A stretch of DNA of 64,000 nucleotides from positions 1 through 64,000 of the forward strand of contig NOWV01000199.1 in NCBI GenBank assembly GCA_003344405.1, read 5' to 3'. The position numbers and the translations under genes were made by a program. Origin of the DNA: Trichoplax sp. H2. Taxonomy: Eukaryota. Every line of letters begins with the position of its first letter. The first letter of the stretch is position 1. This document shows positions 1 to 12,600 of this stretch, in pieces. Below the pieces are notes generated by a model. That model was not told the origin of the DNA and did no database searches. It saw nothing but the letters and a program-made list of their open reading frames with translations.

Positions 1-149
1 CTTCCAGCCATGACAGAAATTAAACGAGTATTTTTCCTTTGTATTTTAAGGCGTTCCTCTTCGCTAATACGATGTTGATAACGTCGCCACGAAGTGGTTA
101 CCAACAAACGGCCAGTAGACCGATAGTGATTGAATAATTTACGGAGCAT
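1..149 (-). CDS. 5' coding part of a probable mitochondrial protein running off the window edge; COX11-like N-terminus (tentative)
   Basis: ATG at 149 on the minus strand opens MLRKLFNHYRSTGRLLVTTSWRRYQHRISEEERLKIQRKNTRLISVMAG..., with no stop before base 1. The start is Arg/Ser/Leu-rich and acid-free, like a presequence. It is followed by EEER...RKN and the start of a hydrophobic stretch, resembling the pre-TM segment of COX11 as I recall it. Not in the ORF track because it is truncated. Confidence 0.55.
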   Translation of the reverse strand, partial: MLRKLFNHYRSTGRLLVTTSWRRYQHRISEEERLKIQRKNTRLISVMAG

Positions 150-534
150 TTTAGGTATTAATTTCTTCAATTAGCAGTCCATAAAATGAAATTTTGGAAA
201 CTTGTCGATGATGGGATGTGGATGGGCAAGAAGAAGTGGCGCTGCCCTGCTTCAAATTGGGGGTAGATGTCCCACAACTGCACGTACTGTACAAAGCAGT
301 GCCAGAATCGCACAGTACAGTACTGTAGTGTTTAGCGAAATGTACTGTACTGTATACTGTAAACGGACGGACAGGACTGGGTACGGTAATCGGGCTCGTT
401 TTGTTACCCTCCTTTACAGTACGCTGTATCGCATAGTAGTCCACCAAACTGTAGACTCAATGATTGCTTCCGCTCGTTTGATCTTTTTATTGTAGTTCCA
501 AGACCCCTATTTATTATATTATTTTTTTGAACCA

Positions 535-1187
535 TAGAATGTTGTACGTCTGTACTGGACTTGCATCGATCAATCTAAGTCCAAGGAGATTTATCTCTAG
601 CAGGATTCACCATGGAATGTACGTCTGTACGTCTGTACTAGACTTGCATCGATCAATCTAAGTCCAAGGAGATTTATCTCTTTATCTCTAGCGGGATTCA
701 CCTTAGAATGTACGTCTGTACGTCTGTACTAGACTTATCAACCCAAGTCAAAAGTGCTTGAGATTTACCTCTAGCAGGATTCATCACAAAATGTACGTCT
801 GTACGTCTGTACTAGACTTGCATCCAAGTCAAAAAGTGCTTGAGATTTACCTCTAGCAGGATTCACCTTAGAATGTACGTCTGTGCGTCTGTACTAGACT
901 TGCATCGATCAATCGAAGTCCAAGGAGATTTATCTCTAGCAGGATTCAGCACAGAATGTACGTCTGTACTAGACTTATGAATCCAAGTCAAAAGTGCTTG
1001 AGATTTACCTCTAGGCTCTAGCAGGATTCACCATAGAATGTACGTCTGTACGTCTGTACTAGACTTGCATCGATCAATCCGAGTCAAAAGTAATTGGGAG
1101 ATTTATCTCTAGCAGGATTCACCTTAGAATGTACGTCTGTACGTCTGTACTAGACTTGCATTGATCAATCCAAGTCAAAAGTGCTTG
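535..1187. repeat. Tandem array of about 8 units of ~75-90 bp between divergent genes
   Basis: Unit ~agaatgtacgtc(tgtacgtc)tgtactagacttgcatcgatcaatc..agtc..gagattta(t/c)ctctagcaggattcacc, starting near 537, 615, 705, 789, 870, 953, 1035 and 1126. Confidence 0.95.
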
Positions 1188-1449
1188 CGCGTGTACACCG
1201 TCCACAGTGTACCGTGTACAGTACAAGTCATTGTACAGTGTTCGTAGAGTACTGTAAACAGTCGGACGAGATGTGTTCCATACGACACTGCAGGGTACAC
1301 TATTGTCACTCAGGGACGACTAGAAGACAAGCGAGATCTCTTCCAGTAGTTCGTGTGTCAGTACGGTCACTCTGTGCTGTGACGAAATTTCCAAAGTTGA
1401 AGCTCTCTCCTACCAAACGCAAGTCAGTCTCGGCTCGAGTCGTTCCATC

Positions 1450-3856
1450 ATGTCCAAAAGCACCAACACCTATAATCGACAAAATTGGGAAACTTCGGTG
1501 AGTTTTTTTGCCTCTTAATCGATGTTTAATGACTAGTGAAATTGCATGATGAAAGAGGCGATGTTTTGTGTGTGGAATCACTGTTATCGTACAGTAGTTT
1601 TAAGTTTATTGTCAGATTGCAGCATAGATAGATCGATTGCAATAGTCGTTGTTGGTACAGTAGTTGCAGAGTCAATGCATGATTCTGTCAAGGATGTATA
1701 CGTAGCATGACTGATGAGATGGGAGATCGAGAGTAATCATCTTTTCTATCCCCTTGTTGGATAACATCTTTAGGATTTTCCCATACTTTGTCAAACATGC
1801 CTAGGAGATAATCCCTATATACGAATGGTTTGTAGCTATTTTTCGCTTGTAGACATTTCTTTCTTGACTACGCTATTTCAATAGTCACTGCTTTGAATTC
1901 AATATTGATCATTGATTGACGATGTGTATTACTATATGAAATATCTTTTTGATAGACGAAAGAACCCCATGGTAAAGAGTGTAAGGTTAGTAGAGACTTT
2001 GATAGCAATACACTTTGGAAACCTGTTGTTCTGTTCACAATATTACTTTTTTCTCCACTTCTACGCTATACCCTGAATGAATAATATACGCATATGACTC
2101 ATCTGATTTTCATTAGATTTGCGCTCGGCCTTTCTCCGTTTTTCGTTGGTGTCCTGGCAAAGGAATGAGATATAAAAAAACTGAAGTATGCCAGACTTGC
2201 AGCAAATTGAAAAATATCTGTCAAACCTGTTTACTAGATTTGGAGTATGGTAAGTTTGGCTAACATGACATACCGCTTACACAAACACGTTATCCATTTT
2301 CACCATCCATAACGTGGTTTACAGTCACTTGCGATGGACGATTGATAGAATAGGATTTGTATAAATAACACAGAAGATGAAGATTAGTCTCGTTGAATCA
2401 ATTTAGCCTTTATCAGAATCTTATAAGAGTTGTTAGTAGACGTTCATCAGTTTACATTTTTCAATGGATTCTTGTTATAGGTTTACCTGTCCAAGTGCGT
2501 GACTCTGCTTTGGGCCTAAAAGAATCTGTGCCAAAATCCGATGTAAATAAAGAATTTTATACTCAGAATATGGAAAAACAGGTAAACTAGACCCGTAATC
2601 ATATAGCACCTATCCTATCAAAGAAAGATAGTGTTGATATTGCAATATTACATAGGTAATAACGTTACTTCTCTAATACAGTTAGCCAATACAGATGGAA
2701 CAACTGCTGTTGGAGAATTAGAAAGAGCCGACGCTAAAAATGACTTACTATTAAAGCTTGCCCGTACGACACCATATTATAAGCGTAATAAACCTCATAT
2801 TTGCTCATTTTGGGTAAAAGGTGAATGTAAACGAGGGGATGAATGCCCATATAGGTAAAAAATTGGATATAAATTATATTATAAATTTATCACCTAGAGT
2901 TTTAACAAGAATATTCAATTTTTTACAATTACTTTTATTGCCCACAGACATGAGATGCCTAGTGATCCTAGTGATCCATTGTCCCGTCAAAATATTAAAG
3001 ACAGATATTATGGAGTTAAAGATCCCGTAGCTCAGAAATTACTAAAGAGAGCATCAGCAATGCCATCTTTAACACCACCTGAAGACAAAACAATTACAAC
3101 TTTATACATCGGTGGTCTTGAAGGTCGAGTTAGTGTTGAAGATTTGAGGTAAAAATTTGGTATCATATATATTTTTAAAATACTATCTTTTGGCAGCTAA
3201 ATTTTGCTTTATTACGTATTAGGGATCATTTTTATCAATTTGGTGAAATACGATCAATAAATATCGTTCAGCGCCAGCAGTGTGCCTTTGTCTGTTTTAC
3301 TACTCGCTTAGCGGCAGAGTTGGCTGCGGAACGCTCTTTTAATAAACTTATTTTACAAGGACGAAGATTAAAAGTAATGTGGGGTCGATCACAAGGTCAA
3401 GCGCCGCCTGATAGCAAGAGTGCTGTTAAGTTAACGCCTGTTCCTGGTCTACCTGGAGGTATCTTGAAACGACACTTTTCTTATTGTATCCTTAATTACT
3501 TGAATAGATTAGAAATAGCTATCATCTTCTGATATTTGTTCAATTATTTTACAGCTTTACCGCCACCACCTCCAATGCAATCTTCCACAACGGATGGTAC
3601 TGGAGCTGCTGGATCAGCTCCTCCAGTACCAAGATTACCTCCTCCCCCGCCGCTTGGTAATCTTGGTGCGATACCTCCACCACCTCCTGGAATGGGTCAT
3701 TTTAGACTACCTCCTCCCCCACCTCCAGGTAGTCAGGCTAGTATTCCACCACCAATGAGAGGCCATCGACCGCCTGTTCACTATCCATCTCAAGATCCTC
3801 ATCGCTTAGGAACTGGAAAACAGAACTATGCAAATGAATCGAAAGCTTCCAATTAA
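1450..3856 (+). CDS. RBM22: Pre-mRNA splicing factor RBM22 (Cwc2/Ecm2 family; zinc-binding N-terminus, CCCH finger, RRM, Pro-rich tail)
   Basis: Nine GT-AG exons: 1450-1497 ([16 protein letters not shown]), 1774-1827 ([18 protein letters not shown]), 1956-1985, 2117-2249 ([14 protein letters not shown]...[10 protein letters not shown]), 2481-2581, 2682-2854 ([21 protein letters not shown]), 2948-3148, 3223-3458 (RRM), 3555-3856 ([11 protein letters not shown]). Confidence 0.97.
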
Positions 3857-6455
3857 GCACCTTTTTTCGAAGATTGTTCAAATATTTGTATTACATATTT
3901 CAAGTGATTATTCGAAAAACTAAGTATTTAATCACTGCAAATTGATGTCGATATTTTTAAAAGTCATTATGTTTAATATTATACTTTGCTTTAAATATGA
4001 ATGTATGCCACTGGATATTTGTAATTATTATACTGCAAAGTATGCTCCAGTGGCGAATTCGTTTACGGTTTGAAATATACTTAATTTCGACGTATTTTGC
4101 ATGATGTCATAATCTGTTATAGTAGATATACTATAAGCTTGTCAACTTTTTCCTTATGTCACTTCTGTAAATTAATGCTATAAATAGTATGCAAGAAATA
4201 AAGTCTTTACAAATCATAAGATTGAATAACACAAGCGATAAAGACAGTATAGGTTATTTCTGATCTAAACTACAGCATTGCTTGTGTAAAATAAGTTTAA
4301 GAGCACCTAAACTTGTCTCATTCAACTCAGCACTAGCTGATATAAACAATACAAATATTGCTTCAAATGAATTCTCAGCACTTCTGTGCAGCTGTGACTT
4401 TTTCATTATTCAAAATACGTTTGCAGTTGGCTGGAAACGTTTTTAATTTTACGATTAATCTACACTAGCCTTTATTCCTCGATTAAAAATAAATCCTGTA
4501 CTTTATGACACAAAGATAAATTGAACATAAATGTGTTGCCATCAATAACACTGTAGCAGTGTCGGAATCGATGAATAGTTAGAATTATACCTTCTTTTTG
4601 TATATCATAGCGGAAGCAAAACGGGAAGTTTTATTGAAATTTTTAATTAGAGTATAATATAACGATAGCATATGACATAATCGTAAGCTTTTTATGATTT
4701 GATTACGGTAAAATACTCCTACTTCACCCAACAAATTAATTAGAATAGTATTGCAATTTAGCTGCACATCAAAAAAGTATTTGAACTGCGAAAGAGGATA
4801 ACTAGATTTTTCCTTTCCATTAAACTTTTAAGCTAATATTTGCAGAATTACAGTATATAGAGATTAGTGGTAGATAGCAAGATAATATTAGCAACATTTA
4901 TGATACTTCTCGCTTTCCATTAGAATATACAGTAAATGTATTGATACTAAAAAGCAAAAATTCTATTAACCATAATTTACATTTAACTACAAGCCTATTG
5001 ATTCTTGTAAGTAGTTAACTGCAAAAGTAATGACACCATCGAGGGAAGATATCTGAACAGTAATATATGTTTTAAATTTTACATTATCAGTAGCTCGACA
5101 TTGTGTGCTAATTAGCTCGCTACAAGAAAGGATTTTAAAGAATTATTATCTTTATAAAAATTAATGAACGCCTTAGCGAAGCGCCTAGTAAGGATATTAC
5201 TTCGTACACGGTAATAAATAACTATCAAAATAAATATTTGATTAGCTAATAGTCGGCATTAGATGTATACTCATTTATTGAAATTCAGTCAATTAGGGGG
5301 TTATAATTTAATAGAGTGTTTTGAATTAAGAAAATCGCAGTTGGATGTTGCTATTGTCTCAAGAATACAGTATGTAGTTGTTAAGATTTAGTTTCTCGAA
5401 TAGTTGGATAACGATCTCAGTGAAGAATATGTTCAACATGATGGGGAAAAAAAGATTGCAGTCAGTAAAGCGCAGTGCTGATCATATTACTCATTATTTA
5501 AGATCATGTGGATAGAGTAAATAATTGGGGAAATTTCGGTTTCCGACGATTAATAATATCCAAGATCGAATGCTAGTAGTTTAACACATTTATACTTGAA
5601 GAGGGAAGAAAAAATAGGACAAAAGTCATCCTGTCTACTTTAAATCTTTGAAGACACTGAGTGAATATTTCTTCGTTCTAGCCATCTAAATTCTATTAAA
5701 CGGAATAATTAGCAAGTTGACACTAGAAGAAAGACGCAGAGTGATAACTTTCAATGACAAAATTCAATTTTTCTAACGAGGATAGTTTAAAATTAAATAT
5801 TTTAATCGGCATTAATTATATATAGAATAATACAAGAAAAAAACAGTTCAAAATATAAAGATGATATTTTTAAATTATCGACTATACTCAGAAGAGGTTA
5901 TCACCGATTCATAAACAGTACGGTACCTCACTTATTATAATATATAGGCGTAGATATGCGTATGTATATACAAAATACTTTTACCGACAGTGTGCGTACT
6001 GTTTTCCAAAATTACCATTTCATTCAGTTTGGTTGTTTTGTATCTTCGACTAAATATAATTCTGGCTCAACTAAATATAACCTCAATCATGATCCATTCA
6101 AAAATAGAATAAGTAAGGCACATATAAGTATAAAATATTTTGGATGACAATGAGTCTACTTTATCATAGCTAGTAAATAAAATTTGAATGGTTCCTCTTT
6201 TAAAAGGGTAGCAACATGTGGCTCGCTGATTCTATAGTTAGAATTAGCTCTGCATGATACCAAGGCATTGAAGGAGATGGATTATTTTTCGGAGGTTTTG
6301 ACGTTAATCCATTGATCATGACAACGTTAAGAGATCCTTATTCTATGTAAATCAAGACAAAAGTGAAATTAATAGCAATAACTAGTATTATGATCATGAT
6401 AGGTAATGAGAAGGATGATACTAAATAATAGTTGCAAAAATAGGCAGATCATTTG

Positions 6456-6469
6456 GTTGCTATGGTAAT
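6456..6469. promoter_or_regulatory. RFX X-box-like motif
   Basis: GTTGCTATGGTAAT differs from the X-box pattern GTTGCYATGGYAAC only at the last base. It lies ~220 bp upstream of the ATG of the EF-hand gene. Confidence 0.6.
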
Positions 6470-6690
6470 AGACAAGGAATTGTAATGATCTGACGTTAAC
6501 AATCATGGCGTTATATTGATTTTGGGAGTAGTGATTTGACATATTAAGTCAACTTAGATTCAATTTTTAGAATAAATTGTATTGTATTTCATCTAAAGTG
6601 ATCATTTATATAAAAAACGGACAAGAATAGAAAAGCAAACATTGTCAAAATTGCAAATTTGTGATTAGATTGCACCCAATTTTTATCATC

Positions 6691-9600
6691 ATGCCGGCAA
6701 TTGATTTGGCTACGGCATATTTTGTCGAAGGAAATATTATTAAAAGTCCCGACCATATCAGTAACATCAATAATAATGATCATCGTGAACGTAATTATCT
6801 TAACGATAATGGTACTCCTCGTGCTAAATCATCTCTACCCCAAATTCGACAGCCTAGATTGTTATCCACACAAGATGAAGATGATAGAAGAGGCAAAAGT
6901 GCAACGCTGAATAGGAATAAAGTGGTATCTCCTTTCTCAGTTGTACCAGGTGAAAATATTCCATCAGTATTAAGAGCAGATAATCGAAAGCCAACTTCTA
7001 GTCAACATGGTCAAAGAAAACCCCAAACAGCACCATCAGCTAAGCCCATTTTACCTAAATATGATCGTATCATCGCATCATCAAATCTAAATCAAATTGC
7101 AGAGGATGATAGCATATCAATACTGAAACCAGGTACTGTATACCTAACTAGGGACTTCTAAGAGAAAATTTTAGAAGTCCCTGACCTAACGACAGTAACA
7201 AAAAGATTAAAGTTGGCAATATTATAATATAAGAATATAGGGTCGATTGCTAAGAAGAGAGTAATCTTCAGATCGTTAATAAAATTAGCCTATGAAACAA
7301 ACTAATTGCTAGAGGTATAATTATCGTGACTACTATTGATTTTTCATTATCATTTACGTTATAAACTGTTACCAGATTGAATATCAAAATAGCAATCATT
7401 TCAGATTTTTTTTAATATCGTAGATTGTATTCCTGAACACGAATAGTTTTCGTGTTTTTTTATTTTATTTCATGAATGAACCAATTTTAATCTGAGAAGA
7501 CCAGTTAAATTCTTAATTGAAATATTGATTTACGATAAATTTAATGATAGTTAGAAAACAAGTCATTTAACTTCTAATAGCACACAAAATAGGTGGAATA
7601 GAATAGTTTTATGTCCTTCAAGATCGTTATTGAAAATTTTCTCTATAGCGCGAAATTAAAATTAGGGAAACATACACGAATATGCAACCGTATTGGGCTA
7701 ATGTTGGCTTTGTCATTTTATACTAGATAGTTTCTTTCCATCCAATTTCATCGCTCTAGTATTTGTTTACGGGATGGAGGCAGCCGTAATATAATTATGT
7801 CTTAGTTAATTGTTGAGAAATGTCTTAAGACTCGATCTCACTAGGCGGTACTGCCGCTAAATATGTACAAGCTATTGATTGTTATTCATTTGCTTAATAT
7901 TCATCTGACAACGAGGCGAAATATCTTATGAACAAATGTGCGTACTTATTTTCTTAGAACATAAAGCTATCAAAACACCATTCAAAGATTTTGAATCTCT
8001 GGAAAATGAAGCTACAGAGGTACCATAATAATATAAAATTCACACAAAGATTCGAATTTTTAATTTTGCCAGAAAAATTGAGGATCATGTTATAAAATAT
8101 CTTTTTTTAGGATATTTATAGATATCGATAATGCATATTTGTTCATTGGCTAATTGGCTAGTATCAGATTTTTCCAGTTGGATAATAGCCGTAGTTTATT
8201 ACTAATTGATTAATTAAATATCTACGCCTGTAACAATTTATTTAGATTCTAACTATAGCCAAAGAAAAGATTAAAAAGAGTTTCTTTAGTGTTCGTAAAT
8301 TGTTCAAAACATCGAATCCTTTTGGACATGGCAACGTTAACAAGTATGCGATCCTGTTGTAGTAATTCAAATTAATGTAATAACCTAGGATTTTCTCTCC
8401 TATGTACTCAATTTGTTAAAAGTGCTGATATCGACTAGTTTGTTAGTCCATACAATATCTAGTCTGTTGATCCATACAATGTCAGATATCTTCAATATAT
8501 TAAGTACTACGGGTCATATATCGAGTAATATGTGTATAATCCAATTGGTTCTTTTATATTCCATTTCTAATTTTAGACAAGTGTTCCATAGAATTCTATC
8601 CATCTTGGCCAATCGTCCTATTTCTATGGAAGTATTTAATCGAATTATTGCCATTATGTCTTTGCAATCCAGAAACTTTGTTTCGTTTGATGATTATCAT
8701 GCATTTTTTAGAAGGAGTGAGGTAAAGCAGTTATTTTAACTTGAAATATAGGATATATTTTGCAGTTGTCCCAAATTTAGTTATTTGGATATCGGTTTTC
8801 AATTTTTAGCAATAAAAATATAATTTTTATTTTCAGTGTTACTGTTATTAAGAATTCATCACAATTATATACGCGTACTTGAAGTTAAGCTTGTCTTTAT
8901 TACAATATGCTAGGACAAAGGTCTATAAAAATAATATTTTTCTGAGTGATATTTAATCTTTATCCGCATAGTTTGCAACTATTGAAATAAAGTTGAATTT
9001 CTTCAATGTCTCACAAACTTCTCCATAAATTCTAATAGTTTTCATCGGAGGAGTTTGGAATATTTTCATCCGGAAAAGATAAGAAAATCTATACAGCAGC
9101 TCGAGCTCATCTTTATTTAAAGCGATTTTTAAAGCAAAGGTTTGATCAAAATCTTACTGACTATTCACATACGTCTAGGATATTATTCACATTTAACACA
9201 CTTACTGTAGCTAGTGCATAACCGATTGCATTTTTATTTTTTAACATTTTTAATTCTAAATATTTCTATATAGCTAGCGTATATTGATTGTAGTTCTTTC
9301 TCTATCATAGTAATGGGTAGAACTATTCACGTCTAGATAATTTTAAAGATACTAATCACCGCTTGCATCCATTACCACTGTGATAAATATCGACAGTATA
9401 GTAAATCCCAAGTAGTCATTTACCTTTATTCCCGATAATCATAAATTCTTATTAGTATGGCGTCTCTTATTAATATTGACTTTTTTTTCTAATGTTTTAA
9501 AGACTATGTTATGAGCTTTAATTGATATTACGTTTTCGTGTGAGATATTCTTCAAATTTCAGTAGTAATTCATAACACTTATCAGCCATAGCATTAACTA

Positions 9601-12600
9601 AATAAGAAAGTCATCTAAAAGCATGGCCTGAAGAAGCCTTGCCATTATTACAAAATCTTGTTGCATTCGAACTATAATTTTTTTCGAGCTTAGAAACCTC
9701 AGACCCATTTACGTATAACAACATGATAATTTTGCACCTTGTTACAAAAGTTAGTTCTCATATATGATTTTTCCTATCTAGGATTGATCTGAATGGCGAT
9801 GATCTAGAGCTCTTTACTAATCAATTTAATCATCGAATCTATAAAGTGCAGCTAAAATATTTCTTAGATCGACAAACGGTCATTTATATGGAACCTAAAG
9901 AATTTGATAAATTATGGTTAAGGTATACAGAACTTTTAAACATTAGTTTTCGGTTTAAAGATATAATTTACAAAGTTTATTTCTTCTAGTAGCCGTAAGC
10001 TTGTTTGTTAGGAAAATGAATGGTAAAATTTTGGTTAAACTTAATTAAACTGCTAAGAAGATTACTTTAATACGTGTATTTAACAATTAAACTAGAAGCT
10101 ATTATAAACTTCATCATTTCCTCAATTCATGACAATAGTCAAAAGAGGAAAGGGCAAAGATGAATTTTGTTTAAAATTTTCCTAATTAATTAAATCAAAC
10201 TATTCATTAGTTAAAACTTGACTAGAAACTACCATCGCTAAAAACTCGGTCACCTTGAGTACTGAAGAAAAATCTCCTAATGGAATAGATTGGGATATGA
10301 ATTCGTTAATACACATCGCTGTTAAAACATTAATTAATTGCTTAAAACTTTATGTCCAATTTTATCGTTACTATTCACGTTGCAAAGATGAGATTTTAGA
10401 GGAAGCAAAATATAGTAGATCATGGGATAGCAGTGCTGTATTATACTAACATATCATTTACTGCTTTGTATCTGGTGCTTCATGAAAAAACATTGCTAAT
10501 AATTTAAAACCGTAAAAATTGTCATACAAAAACTCTTAGTCTGATAATTCTAATTCTAAATCCTAGATACGATACAAATAATACTGGTGCCGTTAGACAA
10601 GATAAATTTTTAGCCGTGTTTGGGATTCGATTAAAGGAGATCAACACTACGCGCCGACATGACACTCTGAATCCAAGAAAAGTAAGTATAAAGCAAAATA
10701 CAGTAGCAAACATAAATCTTACTTGTTGAGGTTTGTTAAATAAATTAAATTTAGATATCATCATTTAATCATGAAGGAAGGGTTTCTAGAACTTCTGATT
10801 TAGACAGTTATGATAGTAATTAGTTAAAATTATCGATCACAAAATTTATATTATTATTTATTGATACTTATTTCATTTTCACTATTGAAAGAACATTCAA
10901 TACAGAGAAATAGGAGGAAAAGAAGATAATAGTAAAAGCAAAATAAGGCCCACCGTGTACGTCTATTCAAATTAATATATAATTTCATCCCTTAATTTTA
11001 AGTAATTATGTTAGTTGTCATAAAAGATATTGTTCTTAGTATTAACAGATCCATGACTCTAACTAACATTTTTTGTATTTTAAAAAATTATTTAGAACGT
11101 ATAATAACATCCAAATATCTGGAAATGGAATTGACACCCCAAGATCTACCACAACTTCTTGGTGTAAAACAGACAGAGGCAATAAAAATAAAAATCACTC
11201 TGAACAAAGCACCGAAGAAAAGTGAGTAACCCAATGCTGTAATACGGCTGGCTCATCAATATATGTTAGAAAATAAACGATCTTAGCCGTCTTTTCTCTC
11301 GTTTATAATGTAGAATTTATAGAATATTGTAGTAGAATATTGTGTAAATATAGAGTAAACAAAATCGAATATCCTCTTACCCGTCGGTTATTTCTATTAA
11401 TTGCGTATAAAATTTAAATCAATAGAGCGACTGAGAAAATTTCGCAGCAGCTACCACAACAGAGTAGCCAAGATCATGGTCAAAATGTGGATCAATTTAT
11501 TGCCAGGCTTGAAGTTATTTTGAAGTCAAATTTGCCTTTGCTATTAAAAACGATGAGGTAAAGCGAACGATATTCTGAGACTTGACTATATGTCAACGAT
11601 TTTATATGAAATATTGGAAGAGTATAATCTCTAAATTAGAAATATACACGAAAAGATATTTCATTAAAAGCTTTATATTCGAATTGCACTTACAATGATA
11701 GCCTATATATGTTGCCACCAGTGATAGATATGCAATGCATACCTGTATATATTTCGCATACGGGATTACTAATGTATACATTTACCCTATTTATAGAGGG
11801 CTGGATAAGACTAATTGTAAGCAATTAAATCAGAGTCAATTCCGCCAAGCAATAAATGAAGCAGTAGGATTCCGGTTATCAGATCAACAAATTGCAGTGA
11901 TTCTTAAATATTGCTATCCGAATCAATCAGGAAAAATACAATACGAGGAATTCATTCGTCGACTACAAGATAGGTAAGCTTACTACGCTTATATCGGTTT
12001 ATTTTCCAATTCATATCTCAGTGTCAGTTATAGATATCATTTTAATGCATTTCGAGGTGGGTAAATCTTGTAAAATATCAACAGAAAGCAAGGAGAGGGT
12101 TAAAAAAATTAATTAGTAATTTACCCTAATACATCAGTAAATATATCGAAACTTACGTCGAGATTGTAAATAGGTGATATGCTTAGTTCCATTTATAATT
12201 GATTAAGCTAATAGGCGTATGGCTTATTGATAGCAAAGTAGTAAAATTAAATAATTATAGTCATGTGGAAGGATTTTATCATAAACCTTCACTTTTTTCC
12301 TAAGTGAAGAAAAAATTTATGAGCTAATTATCCAAATACATTAGTAAATATATCGAAAAAATTCTGACAAACTTATATCGAAATTATGAACAGAAGATAT
12401 CGTTAGTTTTTATTTACAATTGATCAAACTTATACCGTTAGGCTTGCTAATAAAAAAGTAGTAAAATTGAACAGATAGTCATATGGAAGTATTTTATCAT
12501 AAACCTTAGCTTTTTTCGAATTGATATTAAGGCACAATGGCACTTAATCAAAGTTACGAAATACTTTAAGCTATAATAGAACTACTTTGCTCTCTATCCT

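Noticed and set aside
151..495. Overlapping 97-98 aa ORFs on both strands
   Set aside because: Low-complexity ACAGT-rich promoter or UTR sequence with no recognisable protein features.
535..1187. CRISPR-like appearance of regularly spaced repeats
   Set aside because: Whole units are repeated with no unique spacers, there are no cas genes and the context is eukaryotic.
1181..1581. 106 aa (+) and 91 aa (-) ORFs
   Set aside because: They overlap the true RBM22 exon 1 (1450-1497) in another frame or strand.
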